DNA of 64,000 nt, taken from an uncultured Clostridium sp. Its GTDB lineage: Bacteria > Bacillota > Clostridia > TANB77 > CAG-508. Shown here piece after piece: positions 47,730 to 57,703 of the stretch. Each line of letters opens with the position of its first letter. Position 1 is the first letter of the stretch. The notes under the pieces were generated by a model. The model was not told the origin of the DNA and did not search any database. It saw only the letters and a list, made by a program, of their open reading frames with translations. Position numbers and translations under genes: made by a program. The stretch is taken from the NCBI GenBank assembly GCA_902461935.1, contig CABPZP010000002.1:43685-107684 (forward strand), given 5' to 3'.

Positions 47730-47742
47730 AAAGGAAGTTATT

Positions 47743-48570
47743 ATGGGAATGAAACACTTTAACCCATACACCCCATCAAGAAGAAATATGACTGTTTCTA
47801 CATTTGATGAAATCACTAAAAAAACTCCTGAAAAATCTTTATTAGCAAAGAAAAAAGAAAATGCAGGAAGAAACAACTATGGTAGAATAACAGTTAGACA
47901 TCAAGGTGGAGGAAATAGACAAAAATACAGAATAATAGATTTTAAAAGAAGAAAAGATGATATGACAGCAACAGTTATAGGAATCGAATACGATCCAAAC
48001 AGAAGTGCAAATATCGCATTAATTCAATATGAAGATGGAGAAAAAGCTTATATTTTAGCTCCAGTTGGATTAACAGATGGAGATAAAGTTGTATCTGGAC
48101 AAAAAGCTGATATCAAACCAGGAAACTGTATGCCAATAGAAAGTATTCCAGTTGGTACTATGATTCACAATATAGAATTAAATCCAGGTCAAGGTGGAAA
48201 ATTAGTAAGAAGTGCTGGACAATCTGCACAACTTATGGCTAAAGAAGGAAAATATTCACATGTTAGATTACCTTCAGGAGAAATGAGATTAATATTAACA
48301 AAATGTAGAGCTACAATAGGAACAGTTGGAAATACAGACCACGATACTATGAAAATTGGTAAAGCTGGTAGAAAAAGACATATGGGTATTAGACCAACAG
48401 TTAGAGGTTCTGTTATGAACCCAGTAGATCACCCACATGGTGGTGGTGAAGGTAGAGCTCCAGTTGGACACGCAGGACCAATGACACCTTGGGGTAAACC
48501 AGCTCTAGGATATAAAACAAGAAATAAAAAGAAATTATCTAACAAATTTATTGTTAAGAGAAGAAAATAG
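47743..48570 (+). CDS. rplB: 50S ribosomal protein L2
   Basis: [13 protein letters not shown]...HPHGGGEGR. Confidence 0.95.
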   Translation: MGMKHFNPYTPSRRNMTVSTFDEITKKTPEKSLLAKKKENAGRNNYGRITVRHQGGGNRQKYRIIDFKRRKDDMTATVIGIEYDPNRSANIALIQYEDGEKAYILAPVGLTDGDKVVSGQKADIKPGNCMPIESIPVGTMIHNIELNPGQGGKLVRSAGQSAQLMAKEGKYSHVRLPSGEMRLILTKCRATIGTVGNTDHDTMKIGKAGRKRHMGIRPTVRGSVMNPVDHPHGGGEGRAPVGHAGPMTPWGKPALGYKTRNKKKLSNKFIVKRRK

Positions 48571-48668
48571 AGGTTGGAAGTTGGAAATTGGAAGTTGGTT
48601 ATTTTTTATAGAATTTAATATTTGTAATTTTTAACATCAAACCTCCAACATCTAACATCTTGAGGTAA
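48571..48668 (+). repeat. intergenic hairpin family H, copy 1 (GGAAGUUGG arms / UCCAACAUCUAACAUC)
   Basis: 5' arm aggttggaagttggaaattggaagttgg. The 3' arm contains tccaacatctaacatc (48644-48659). Pairing needs G:U wobbles, so it is strand-specific. Confidence 0.7.
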
Positions 48669-48687
48669 GAAAGGAGGACATATCTAT

Positions 48688-48969
48688 ATGTCAAGATCAA
48701 GCAAAAAGAAACCTTTTGTTCAAGAAAAACTTTTAAAAAGAATTGAAGCTATGAACGAAAGTGGAGAAAAAGAAGTTTTAAAAACATGGTCAAGAGCTTC
48801 TACTATATATCCACAAATGATTGGACACACAATTGCTGTTCATGATGGTAGAAAACATGTACCAGTTTATATTTCAGAAGAAATGATAGGACATAAATTA
48901 GGTGAATTTGCTCCTACAAGAACATACAAAGGTCATGCAGGAGATAAAACTTCTAAAGTTAAAAAATAA
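48688..48969 (+). CDS. rpsS: 30S ribosomal protein S19
   Basis: [10 protein letters not shown]...[11 protein letters not shown]. Confidence 0.95.
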   Translation: MSRSSKKKPFVQEKLLKRIEAMNESGEKEVLKTWSRASTIYPQMIGHTIAVHDGRKHVPVYISEEMIGHKLGEFAPTRTYKGHAGDKTSKVKK

Positions 48970-49037
48970 AGAGAAAATAAAATGTTAAAAGTTAAATAAA
49001 AATTTAACAAAACAATAACTAAAGGAGGGAAAACAAA

Positions 49038-49388
49038 GTGGAAGGAATTCAAGAAGCAAGAGCAGAACTAAAATATGCCAGAATTTCAGCAAGAAAAGTT
49101 AAAATTGTAGCAGATTTAGTAAGAGGGAAAAATGTTGATGAAGCTTTAGCAATAATGAAATTCACACCTAAAGCATCAACAGAAATATTAGAAAAATTAT
49201 TAAAATCAGCTATTGCAAATGCTGAAAATAATCATGGAATGAGCCATGAAAAATTATATATATCTGAAATCTATGCTAACCAAGGTCCTACATTAAAAAG
49301 AATTAGACCAGCAGCTAAAGGTTCAGCAGTTAGAATTAGAAAAAGAACAAGTCATATAACTATCGTTTTAAGAGAAATCGATAAGTAG
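49038..49388 (+). CDS. rplV: 50S ribosomal protein L22
   Basis: [24 protein letters not shown]; GTG start. Confidence 0.9.
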   Translation: MEGIQEARAELKYARISARKVKIVADLVRGKNVDEALAIMKFTPKASTEILEKLLKSAIANAENNHGMSHEKLYISEIYANQGPTLKRIRPAAKGSAVRIRKRTSHITIVLREIDK

Positions 49389-49404
49389 AAAGGAGAAATA
49401 TAAC

Positions 49405-50061
49405 ATGGGACAAAAAGTAAACCCACATGGAGTTAGAGTAGGTGTTATAAAAGATTGGGACTCTAAATGGTATGCAAATTCAAAAGATTTTAGTAACTAT
49501 TTAGTAGAAGATTACAATATCCGTAAAATGCTTAAGAAAAAATTATATGCAAGCGGAATTTCTAAAATAGAAATAGAAAGAACACCAAAATTTGTTAAAG
49601 TAAATGTATATACAGCTAAACCAGGAATAGTAATAGGAAAAGGTGGAGCTGGAGCTGAAAGTATAAAAGCAGATTTACAAAAAATGATTAATAAAAATGT
49701 TAATTTAAATATAGTTGAGGTAAAAGATATTGATACAAATGCTCAATTAGTTGCAGAAAATATCGCAGGTCAACTAGAAAGAAGAATTTCATTCAGAAGA
49801 GCTATGAAACAATGTATGCAAAAAACTATGAAAGCAGGTGCTTTAGGAATAAAAACTGCAGTATCTGGTAGATTAGGTGGAGCAGACATGGCTAGAACTG
49901 AATTCTATAAAGAAGGTACAATACCACTACAAACATTAAGAGCTGATATTGATTATGGATTTGCAGAAGCAGATACAACATATGGAAAAATCGGTGTAAA
50001 AGTTTGGATTTATAAAGGAGAAGTTCTTCCAACAAAGAAAAAGGAAGGAGGAGTTGAGTAA
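49405..50061 (+). CDS. rpsC: 30S ribosomal protein S3
   Basis: [22 protein letters not shown]. Confidence 0.95.
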   Translation: MGQKVNPHGVRVGVIKDWDSKWYANSKDFSNYLVEDYNIRKMLKKKLYASGISKIEIERTPKFVKVNVYTAKPGIVIGKGGAGAESIKADLQKMINKNVNLNIVEVKDIDTNAQLVAENIAGQLERRISFRRAMKQCMQKTMKAGALGIKTAVSGRLGGADMARTEFYKEGTIPLQTLRADIDYGFAEADTTYGKIGVKVWIYKGEVLPTKKKEGGVE

Positions 50062-50504
50062 TGCCATTAATGCCAAAAAGAACTAAATATAGAAAAATGC
50101 AAAAAGGTAGAAATAGAGGTAAAGCTACAAGAGGTAATAAAGTTACTGATGGAGAATATGGAATACAAGCTTTAGAAGCAGGATTAATTACTGGAAATCA
50201 AATAGAAGCTGCACGTATTGCTATGAACCGTTATATAAAAAGAGGTGGTAAAGTTTGGATAAAAATATTCCCAGACAAACCAATTACTAAAAAACCTGCA
50301 GAAACTCGTATGGGTAAAGGTAAAGGAGCTGTAGAAGCTTGGGTAGCAGTTGTTAAACCAGGAAGAGTAATGTTTGAACTTGCTGGTGTACCAGAAGAAA
50401 CAGCTAGAGAAGCTATGAGATTAGCAATGAATAAATTATCTGTAAAATCTAAATTTATAGTTAGAGAATCTGATGATAAGGTGGGTGATAGCAATGAAGA
50501 TTAA
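50061..50504 (+). CDS. rplP: 50S ribosomal protein L16
   Basis: [14 protein letters not shown]... Confidence 0.95.
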   Translation: MPLMPKRTKYRKMQKGRNRGKATRGNKVTDGEYGIQALEAGLITGNQIEAARIAMNRYIKRGGKVWIKIFPDKPITKKPAETRMGKGKGAVEAWVAVVKPGRVMFELAGVPEETAREAMRLAMNKLSVKSKFIVRESDDKVGDSNED

Positions 50505-50697
50505 TAAAATAAGAGAAATGTCTTCACCAGATCTAGAAAAAGAATTATCTGAATTAAAAACAGAGTTATTCAAATTAAGATTTAGTTTAGCTACAAATGG
50601 GTTAGATAATCCAAGCAGAATTAAAGAAGTAAAAAGAGATATAGCTAAAATAAATACAGTTTTAACAGAAAGAAGATTGGCTGAAGAAGTAAAATAA
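50494..50697 (+). CDS. rpmC: 50S ribosomal protein L29
   Basis: [30 protein letters not shown]; start moved to the ATG at 50494. Confidence 0.9.
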   Translation: MKINKIREMSSPDLEKELSELKTELFKLRFSLATNGLDNPSRIKEVKRDIAKINTVLTERRLAEEVK

Positions 50698-50700
50698 AAA

Positions 50701-50745
50701 AGTTAGAAGTTAGAATTAAAGAATTTTCTAACATTCAACATCCAA
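50701..50745 (+). repeat. intergenic hairpin family H, copy 2
   Basis: agttagaagttagaa / ttctaacattcaacat. Confidence 0.6.
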
Positions 50746-50769
50746 TATGAAAAAAGGAGGATTTAATAG

Positions 50770-51033
50770 ATGGAAGAAAGAAATCTTCGTAAAGTTTTAA
50801 TAGGTACAGTAAAATCAAACAAAATGGACAAAACAGTAGTTGTATCTGTTCAAACAAGTGTAAAACATAAAACATATAACAAAATTGTTAAAAGAACATA
50901 TAACTTAAAAGCTCATGACGAAGAGAATGCTTGTCAAATTGGAGATAAAGTTAAAGTTATGGAAACAAGACCACTTTCTAAAGATAAAAGATGGAGAGTA
51001 GTTGAAATAATGGAAAAAGCTAATATTAAATAA
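50770..51033 (+). CDS. rpsQ: 30S ribosomal protein S17
   Basis: [21 protein letters not shown]. Confidence 0.95.
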   Translation: MEERNLRKVLIGTVKSNKMDKTVVVSVQTSVKHKTYNKIVKRTYNLKAHDEENACQIGDKVKVMETRPLSKDKRWRVVEIMEKANIK

Positions 51034-51050
51034 GAAGGAGGAAGCTAAAA

Positions 51051-51419
51051 ATGGTACAACAACAATCAATATTAAAAGTTGCTGATAACACTGGTGCAAA
51101 AGAAATAATGTGCATTAGATGTTTAGGTGGATCATATAGAAAATATGCTAGAATTGGTGATGTAATAGTAGCTTCTGTTAAATCTGCAACACCAGGTGGC
51201 GTTGTAAAAAAAGGAGAAGTTGTTAAAGCAGTTGTAGTTAGAACAAAAAAACCAACTAGAAGAGCAGATGGATCATATGTAAGATTTGATGAAAATGCTG
51301 CAGTTATTATAAAAGACGATGGAAATCCAAAAGGAACACGTATATTTGGACCAATAGCAAGAGAATTAAGAGATAAAGATTATATGAAGATTTTATCTCT
51401 AGCACCAGAGGTATTATAA
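51051..51419 (+). CDS. rplN: 50S ribosomal protein L14
   Basis: [22 protein letters not shown]. Confidence 0.95.
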   Translation: MVQQQSILKVADNTGAKEIMCIRCLGGSYRKYARIGDVIVASVKSATPGGVVKKGEVVKAVVVRTKKPTRRADGSYVRFDENAAVIIKDDGNPKGTRIFGPIARELRDKDYMKILSLAPEVL

Positions 51420-51440
51420 TTTGCAAGCAAATTATAATAC

Positions 51441-51469
51441 TTGTAGGGGTCGGCGTCCTCGACGACCCG
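51441..51469 (+). repeat. REP-like hairpin between rplN and rplX
   Basis: TTGTAGGGGTCGGCGTCCTCGACGACCCG. ORF 51432..51650(-) is a translation artefact of it. Confidence 0.85.
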
Positions 51470-51516
51470 AAACATGAAGAGAGTAAAAATATAAAAAAAG
51501 AGGTGAAAATATAAGT

Positions 51517-51825
51517 ATGAAAATAAAAAAAGGTGATACTGTTAAGGTTTTATCTGGAAATGATAAAGGAAAAACAGGAGAAGTTTTAGAAGTTATACCA
51601 AAAACACAAAAAATAGTTGTTAAAGGTATTAATATAAGAAAAAAACACATTAAACCTAGAAAACAAGGTGAAGAGGGAGGAATTATCCCTACAGAATGTG
51701 CTATACATAGCAGTAAAGTTAATGTCGTTTGCCCTAAATGTGGTAAAGCTACAAAAATAGGTTATAAAATAGAAAAAGATGAAAAAGTTCGTATTTGTAA
51801 AAAATGTGAAGCTATAATCAAATAA
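51517..51825 (+). CDS. rplX: 50S ribosomal protein L24 (with C-terminal zinc-ribbon-like CxxC pairs)
   Basis: MKIKKGDTVKVLSGNDKGKTGEV...CPKCG...CKKC. Confidence 0.9.
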   Translation: MKIKKGDTVKVLSGNDKGKTGEVLEVIPKTQKIVVKGINIRKKHIKPRKQGEEGGIIPTECAIHSSKVNVVCPKCGKATKIGYKIEKDEKVRICKKCEAIIK

Positions 51826-51849
51826 GTTATAGAAAGGAGGAAATAAAAC

Positions 51850-52389
51850 ATGGAATTTTTAAGAGAACAATATGAAAAAGAAGTTGTTCCAGCTTTAATG
51901 AAAAAATTTAACTATAAATCAGTTATGGAAGTTCCAAAACTTGATAAAATAGTTTTAAATATAGGATTAGGAGATGTAAAAGATAATCCAAAATCATTAG
52001 AAAATGCAATGAATGATATTCAAATAATAACAGGTCAAAAACCTATAGTAACAAAAGCTAGAAAATCTATAGCAGCTTTCAAACTAAGAGAAGGTGTTAA
52101 TATAGGATGTAAAGTAACATTAAGAAGAGGAAAAATGTATGATTTCGCATATAAACTATTTAATGTTGCATTACCAAGAGTTAGAGATTTTAGAGGAGTT
52201 TCAGCTAATTCTTTTGATGGTAGAGGTAACTACTCTATGGGAATTAAAGAACAATTAATATTCCCTGAAATCGAATATGATAAAGTTGATAAATTAAGAG
52301 GAATGGATATAATCTTCGTTACAACAGCTAAAACAGACGAAGAAGCTAAAGAATTATTAACATTATTAGGAATGCCATTTAAAAAATAA
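51850..52389 (+). CDS. rplE: 50S ribosomal protein L5
   Basis: ...[12 protein letters not shown]...[17 protein letters not shown]. Confidence 0.95.
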   Translation: MEFLREQYEKEVVPALMKKFNYKSVMEVPKLDKIVLNIGLGDVKDNPKSLENAMNDIQIITGQKPIVTKARKSIAAFKLREGVNIGCKVTLRRGKMYDFAYKLFNVALPRVRDFRGVSANSFDGRGNYSMGIKEQLIFPEIEYDKVDKLRGMDIIFVTTAKTDEEAKELLTLLGMPFKK

Positions 52390-52474
52390 TTAGGCAATGC
52401 CGATTACAAATAATTTTTGCAGCCGAGCATTAGCGAGGATGTATTTCCTAAAAAAAATATGAAGGGAGAAAATT

Positions 52475-52660
52475 ATGGCTAAAAAATCTTTGAAAGTAAA
52501 ACAACAAAGAGATCAAAAATACAAAACAAGAGAATATAACAGATGTAAAATATGTGGTAGACCACACGCTTATATAAGAAAATTTGGTATTTGCCGTGTT
52601 TGTTTTAGAGAATTAGCACATAAAGGTGAGATACCAGGTGTTAAAAAAGCTAGTTGGTAA
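52475..52660 (+). CDS. rpsN: 30S ribosomal protein S14 type Z (zinc form)
   Basis: 61 aa; CKICGRPH...CRVCFRE. Confidence 0.95.
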   Translation: MAKKSLKVKQQRDQKYKTREYNRCKICGRPHAYIRKFGICRVCFRELAHKGEIPGVKKASW

Positions 52661-52784
52661 AATTCAAATGAAATCAATTATCCTGCACATTTTCTTAATT
52701 ATTACAAACTTCAATGTAAAAATGTACATTATCAGCTTGTAATAACCGGCGAAAATGCACATTATAACTAATTTCATTCGAATT
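52661..52784 (+). repeat. long rod-like imperfect hairpin (about 124 nt) between rpsN and rpsH
   Basis: aattcaaatgaaat...aatgta-aaaatg-tacatt...atttcattcgaatt; several paired blocks. Confidence 0.65.
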
Positions 52785-52825
52785 AAAAATAAACTAGACA
52801 AAAAACTAAAAAAAGGAGGAAAGTA

Positions 52826-53224
52826 ATGAATACTACAGATCCAATAGCAGATATGCTAACAAGAATAAGAAATGCAAGTAATTCTAAACATAAAACTGTT
52901 GATGTACCAGCTTCAAAAGTAAAAAGAGCAATAGCTGAAATTTTATTTGAAGAAGGATATATTGCATCTTTTGAAGATATAAAAGATGATACACAAGGTG
53001 TTATAAGAATTACATTAAAATATGATGAAAATGGAACTAAAGTTATTTCTGGATTAAAAAGAATAAGTAAACCAGGATTAAGAGTTTATGCTTCTAAAGA
53101 AGAATTACCTAAAGTTTTAAATGGATTAGGAATTGCTTTAATTTCTACTTCAAAAGGTATAAAAACAGATAAAGAAGCAAGAAATGAAAACTTAGGTGGA
53201 GAAGTTCTAGCATATGTTTGGTAA
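52826..53224 (+). CDS. rpsH: 30S ribosomal protein S8
   Basis: [13 protein letters not shown]. Confidence 0.95.
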   Translation: MNTTDPIADMLTRIRNASNSKHKTVDVPASKVKRAIAEILFEEGYIASFEDIKDDTQGVIRITLKYDENGTKVISGLKRISKPGLRVYASKEELPKVLNGLGIALISTSKGIKTDKEARNENLGGEVLAYVW

Positions 53225-53287
53225 TAAAAATATGCTAGTTACCTAAATAATAAATATGAAGTTTTATAAGAAGAGGTGAAATTAAAA

Positions 53288-53824
53288 ATGTCAAGAATAG
53301 GAAATAAACCTATTACTGTACCAGATAGTGTTGAAGTTAAAATAGATGGAAACAACTTAACAGTAAAAGGACCTAAAGGAACATTAGAAAGAGAAATTCA
53401 TAAAAACATAACAGTTTCTATTGATGGTAATGTTATTACTGTAACAAGACCTAATGACGAAGCTGAAAATAAAAGTTTACATGGATTAACAAGAACATTA
53501 ATTAGTAACATGATAGAAGGTGTTCTAAATGAATATAGCAAAGAATTACAAATCGTTGGTGTAGGTTATAGAGCACAAAAACAAGGAAATAAAGTTGTTC
53601 TTACTTTAGGATATTCTCATCCAGTAGAAATGGAAGAACCAGAAGGAATTACATTTGATGTTCCTAATGCAAATACAGTTATAGTAAGAGGAATCGATAA
53701 AGAAGTTGTTGGTCAAACAGCTGCTGTTGTAAGAAGCAAGAGACCACCAGAAGTATACCATGGTAAAGGTATTAAATATGCAGATGAGCATATAAGAAGA
53801 AAAGAAGGAAAAACAGGTAAATAA
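53288..53824 (+). CDS. rplF: 50S ribosomal protein L6
   Basis: MSRIGNKPITVP... Confidence 0.95.
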   Translation: MSRIGNKPITVPDSVEVKIDGNNLTVKGPKGTLEREIHKNITVSIDGNVITVTRPNDEAENKSLHGLTRTLISNMIEGVLNEYSKELQIVGVGYRAQKQGNKVVLTLGYSHPVEMEEPEGITFDVPNANTVIVRGIDKEVVGQTAAVVRSKRPPEVYHGKGIKYADEHIRRKEGKTGK

Positions 53825-53875
53825 AAAATGAACTGTTAAATAAGAACAAACCTTAAAGAAAGGAGTAGTTGAACT

Positions 53876-54235
53876 ATGGTTAAAAAAACAAATAGAAAGT
53901 TTGAAAGAACTAGAAGACATATTCGTGTACGTAGAAAAATTAGTGGTACAGCAGAACGTCCAAGATTATGTGTATATAGAAGTAATACAAATATATATGC
54001 ACAAGTAATTGACGATGTTGCTGGTAAAACTTTAGTTTCAGCTTCAACATTAGATAAAGAAGTTAAAACAAAGAAAGCTAATAAAGAAGCAGCAAAAGAA
54101 ATTGGAAGTTTAATTGCAAAAAGAGCTAAAGATGCTAAAATATCAAATGTTGTATTTGATAGAGGTGGATATGTATACCACGGAGTTGTTAAAGAATTAG
54201 CAGAAGCTGCTAGAGAAGGCGGATTAGAATTCTAA
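53876..54235 (+). CDS. rplR: 50S ribosomal protein L18
   Basis: [24 protein letters not shown]...[10 protein letters not shown]. Confidence 0.95.
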   Translation: MVKKTNRKFERTRRHIRVRRKISGTAERPRLCVYRSNTNIYAQVIDDVAGKTLVSASTLDKEVKTKKANKEAAKEIGSLIAKRAKDAKISNVVFDRGGYVYHGVVKELAEAAREGGLEF

Positions 54236-54239
54236 TTAT

Positions 54240-54294
54240 AGATTAGAAGTTAGAAGTTTGAATTATTATATTCCAACATCTAACATCAAATCCT
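54240..54294 (+). repeat. intergenic hairpin family H, copy 3
   Basis: agattagaagttagaagtttgaa / ttccaacatctaacatcaaatc. The 16-mer tccaacatctaacatc (54272-54287) is identical to copy 1. Confidence 0.7.
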
Positions 54295-54342
54295 CTAAAT
54301 AAAGATTATATGAGAAAATAAAAAAGAAGGAGGCAAGTCTTA

Positions 54343-54831
54343 ATGCAAGAAGAAAAAACAGAATTAAAGGAAAAAGTTGTTGCTATAAACAGAGTTGCTA
54401 AAGTTGTTAAAGGTGGTAGAACTTTTAGATTTAGTGCTTTAGTTGTTGTTGGTGACGAAAATGGACATATTGGTGCAGGTAACGGTAAAGCATCAGAAGT
54501 TCCAGATGCGATAAAAAAAGCAATTGAAGATGCTAAAAAGAATTTAATAGAAGTTCCAATCGTTGGAAATACAATACCACATGAATTTGTTGGAAAATTT
54601 GGTAGTGCAAATGTTATGATGAAACCAGCCCCAGAAGGTTCTGGAATTATAGCAGGTGGTAGTGTAAGACCAGTAATAGAACTTGCAGGATACAAAGATA
54701 TAAAAACAAAAGTTATAGGAACAAACAATCCTAGAAATGTTGTATATGCTACATTAAATGCATTACAAAACATGAGTACAGCAGAACAAGTTGCTAAAAA
54801 AAGAGGTAAAAAAGTAGAAGAAATATTATAA
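54343..54831 (+). CDS. rpsE: 30S ribosomal protein S5
   Basis: [27 protein letters not shown]. Confidence 0.95.
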   Translation: MQEEKTELKEKVVAINRVAKVVKGGRTFRFSALVVVGDENGHIGAGNGKASEVPDAIKKAIEDAKKNLIEVPIVGNTIPHEFVGKFGSANVMMKPAPEGSGIIAGGSVRPVIELAGYKDIKTKVIGTNNPRNVVYATLNALQNMSTAEQVAKKRGKKVEEIL

Positions 54832-54906
54832 TTGAGATTGGAAGTTGGAGGTTAGAGGTTGTAAATATTACAGTAGATTCTAACAACAAACATTCAACTT
54901 CAATAA
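54832..54906 (+). repeat. intergenic hairpin family H, copy 4 (occupies the position where rpmD/L30 usually lies)
   Basis: ttgagattggaagttggaggttagaggttg / agattctaacaacaaacattcaacttcaa. Confidence 0.6.
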
Positions 54907-54927
54907 ACACAAGGGAGGTGTAAATAG

Positions 54928-55362
54928 ATGAACTTAACAGATTTAAAATCAGCACAAAAAAATGTAAAAAGAACTAGAGTAGGACGTGGAATAGGTTCTG
55001 GTTTAGGAAAAACTTCTGGAAGAGGTCAAAAAGGACAAAAATCAAGATCAGGTGGTGGAGTAAGAAGAGGATTTGAAGGTGGTCAAACTCCATTATATAG
55101 AAGATTACCAAAAAGAGGATTTAAAAATATTTTTGCAAAACAATATACAGAAGTAACATTAACAATGTTAAATAAATCAAAAGCTACAGAAGTTACAGCT
55201 GAATCTTTATTAGAAGAAGGAATAATTGGAAAAATAAATGATGGAATAGTTGTTTTAGCTACAGGTAAATTAGAGAAAAAACTTACAGTTAAAGCAAATA
55301 GATTTACAAAAGCAGCTGCTCAAGCTATTGAAGCAGCAGGAGGAAAGATAGAGGTGATTTAG
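54928..55362 (+). CDS. rplO: 50S ribosomal protein L15
   Basis: [25 protein letters not shown]. Confidence 0.95.
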   Translation: MNLTDLKSAQKNVKRTRVGRGIGSGLGKTSGRGQKGQKSRSGGGVRRGFEGGQTPLYRRLPKRGFKNIFAKQYTEVTLTMLNKSKATEVTAESLLEEGIIGKINDGIVVLATGKLEKKLTVKANRFTKAAAQAIEAAGGKIEVI

Positions 55363-56682
55363 TTGTTTAAAACTATTAAAAATGCATGGAAGACACCTGA
55401 AGTAAGAAAAAGAATTTTATATACATTATTATTAATTGTAATTTTTAGATTTGGTTGTTACATAACAGCACCTGGTGTTGATGCAGTAGCTTTAGCAAAG
55501 GTTATGGGATCAAATTCAGGAATAAGTGGAATATTAGATATTATATCTGGTGGAGCTTTTTCTAAATTTACAATATTTGCAATGAGTATAAGCCCATATA
55601 TTACAGCATCAATTGTTATTCAACTTTTAACAATGGTAATACCATCTTTAGAAAAATTAGCAAAAGATGGTGGAGAAGTTGGAAGACAAAAAATGAACAA
55701 ATATACAAAAGTATTATCACTAGTTCTAGCTTTAATAGAAGCAACTGGATTATACTTAACCTATAAAGGACAAAATGTATTTGTTGACAATACTGCATTA
55801 ACAGGAATGTTATTAATACTTTCATTAGTAACAGGTACATCAATTTTAATGTGGCTTGGAGAACAAATAACACAAAAAGGAATTGGAAATGGAATTTCAG
55901 TATTAATTTTAGTTGGTATTCTAGCTAGAGTTCCAAGTGCAATTCAAACAATTGCTAAGTTAATAGTAAATAATGGAGTTTTTAGTACAACAGGATTAAT
56001 AACTGCATTAGGAATTATTATAGGTGCAATTATATTAGTTGCAGCTGTTGTATTTGTACAAAATGCAGAAAGAAGAATTCCAGTACAATATTCTAAAAAA
56101 GTTGTAGGAAGAAAAATGGTAGGCGCTCAAAATACTCATATTCCATTGAAACCTGCAATGGCAGGAGTTATGCCAATAATATTTGCAAGTAGTTTTATGA
56201 CATTTCCAGCAATGATTATTCAAATGTTTAATTCTAATATTGCAACACAAACTGGTTTCTGGAATGTTGTATATAAATTTTCTTTAGCAACATCTTCATC
56301 TAGTGTTGGTATAGGATATTCAATAGTAAATGCTATAGTATATTTACTATTAATTGTAGGATTTACATTTTTCTATACATATGCTACATTTAATCCAGCT
56401 GAAGTATCAGCTAATATTAAAAGAAATGGTGGATTTATACCAGGAATAAGAGCTGGTAAACCAACAACAGACTACTTATCATCAGTAGTTGGTAAATTAA
56501 CAATATTCGGAGGAATTTATTTAGCAATTATAGCTATACTTCCAATGTTTATGAGATTTACAAGTTTAGATGTCACATTTGGTGGAACATCAATATTAAT
56601 TGTTGTTGGGGTTGCATTGGAAACAGTTCAACAACTAGAATCACATTTAGTAATGAGACATTACAAAGGATTCTTGGAATAA
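55363..56682 (+). CDS. secY: preprotein translocase subunit SecY
   Basis: 439 aa, ten TM segments, TTG start, position after rplO. Confidence 0.95.
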   Translation: MFKTIKNAWKTPEVRKRILYTLLLIVIFRFGCYITAPGVDAVALAKVMGSNSGISGILDIISGGAFSKFTIFAMSISPYITASIVIQLLTMVIPSLEKLAKDGGEVGRQKMNKYTKVLSLVLALIEATGLYLTYKGQNVFVDNTALTGMLLILSLVTGTSILMWLGEQITQKGIGNGISVLILVGILARVPSAIQTIAKLIVNNGVFSTTGLITALGIIIGAIILVAAVVFVQNAERRIPVQYSKKVVGRKMVGAQNTHIPLKPAMAGVMPIIFASSFMTFPAMIIQMFNSNIATQTGFWNVVYKFSLATSSSSVGIGYSIVNAIVYLLLIVGFTFFYTYATFNPAEVSANIKRNGGFIPGIRAGKPTTDYLSSVVGKLTIFGGIYLAIIAILPMFMRFTSLDVTFGGTSILIVVGVALETVQQLESHLVMRHYKGFLE

Positions 56683-56690
56683 AATAAATT

Positions 56691-56715
56691 GCATTAGGGC
56701 GGATGTGTTCCGCCC
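56691..56715 (+). repeat. REP-like hairpin with degenerate GTAG box
   Basis: gcattaGGGCGGAtgtgtTCCGCCC. Confidence 0.6.
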
Positions 56716-56804
56716 AAAATGTGTGTTTATGTTTTTTCAAAAATACATATAGAAATGTGTGTTTTTTAAAGAATATAAATAGCATAAACAAAGGAGTGAA
56801 AAAT

Positions 56805-57470
56805 TTGATAATAGTAATGTTAGGAGCACCAGGAAGTGGTAAAGGCACTGTTGCAAAATTATTAACAGACACATTAAATATAGAACATATTTCAACAGGA
56901 GATATGTTTAGAGAGGAAATAAAGTCTGGAAGTAAATTAGGAAAAGAATTAGAAAACTATATGTCAGATGGAAAACTTGTTCCAGATGATGTAGTTATAA
57001 AAATTTTAGATGAAAGACTATCTAGACCAACTGCCCAAAATGGTGTTGTATTAGATGGATTTCCTAGAACAAAAATTCAAGCTGAACATTTAAAACAATT
57101 ATTAGAAAAAAGAAATAAAAAGGTTGATGTAGCAATACAATTAAACATTCCAGATGAAGACATTATATATAGAACAGTAAAAAGAAGAATATGTTCAAAT
57201 AAAGACTGTGGAGCAATATACAATTTAGAATTCAACAAACCAAAACAAGATGGAATATGTGATGTATGCGGAAGTGAATTATATAGAAGAGAAGATGACA
57301 ACGAAGAAACAGTAAAAAGAAGAATTGATACATATCATAAACGTTCAGAACCAATTATAAAATATTTCGAAGAAGAAGGAATTTTATATACAGTTGACCT
57401 AAGAGCACAAGATCAAGTTACAAAGCAAGACATTGACAAATGGCTAAAAGATATTAACGAAAAAATATGA
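56805..57470 (+). CDS. adk: adenylate kinase (zinc-lid type)
   Basis: GAPGSGKGT; lid CSNKDCG...CDVCG. TTG start 8 nt after AGGAG. Confidence 0.9.
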   Translation: MIIVMLGAPGSGKGTVAKLLTDTLNIEHISTGDMFREEIKSGSKLGKELENYMSDGKLVPDDVVIKILDERLSRPTAQNGVVLDGFPRTKIQAEHLKQLLEKRNKKVDVAIQLNIPDEDIIYRTVKRRICSNKDCGAIYNLEFNKPKQDGICDVCGSELYRREDDNEETVKRRIDTYHKRSEPIIKYFEEEGILYTVDLRAQDQVTKQDIDKWLKDINEKI

Positions 57471-57498
57471 AATTAAAAAATTGACTTGAAATAAATTA

Positions 57499-57657
57499 AT
57501 GTCAGACGTTGTAGGGGTCGGCGTCCTTAGGGCGACCCGAAAGATGAAATAAAAAATATTCCAAAATAATATATATATTTAAAATTTGATCTTAATTATT
57601 ATTTTGTCTTTAAATAAAAATTGTCAAACGATGTAGTGGTCGACGTCTCTGTCGACC
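57499..57657 (+). repeat. two REP-like units between adk and map
   Basis: atgtcagacgttGTAGGGGTCGGCGTCCTTAGGGCGACCCG at 57499-57539. tgtcaaacgatGTAGTGGTCGACGTCTCTGTCGACC at 57622-57657. The spacer shares ttattttgtctttaaataa with 24811-24835. Confidence 0.85.
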
Positions 57658-57703
57658 AGAAATATAAAAATAATTATAAATGTTTAGAAAGAAGATAATG
57701 AAA

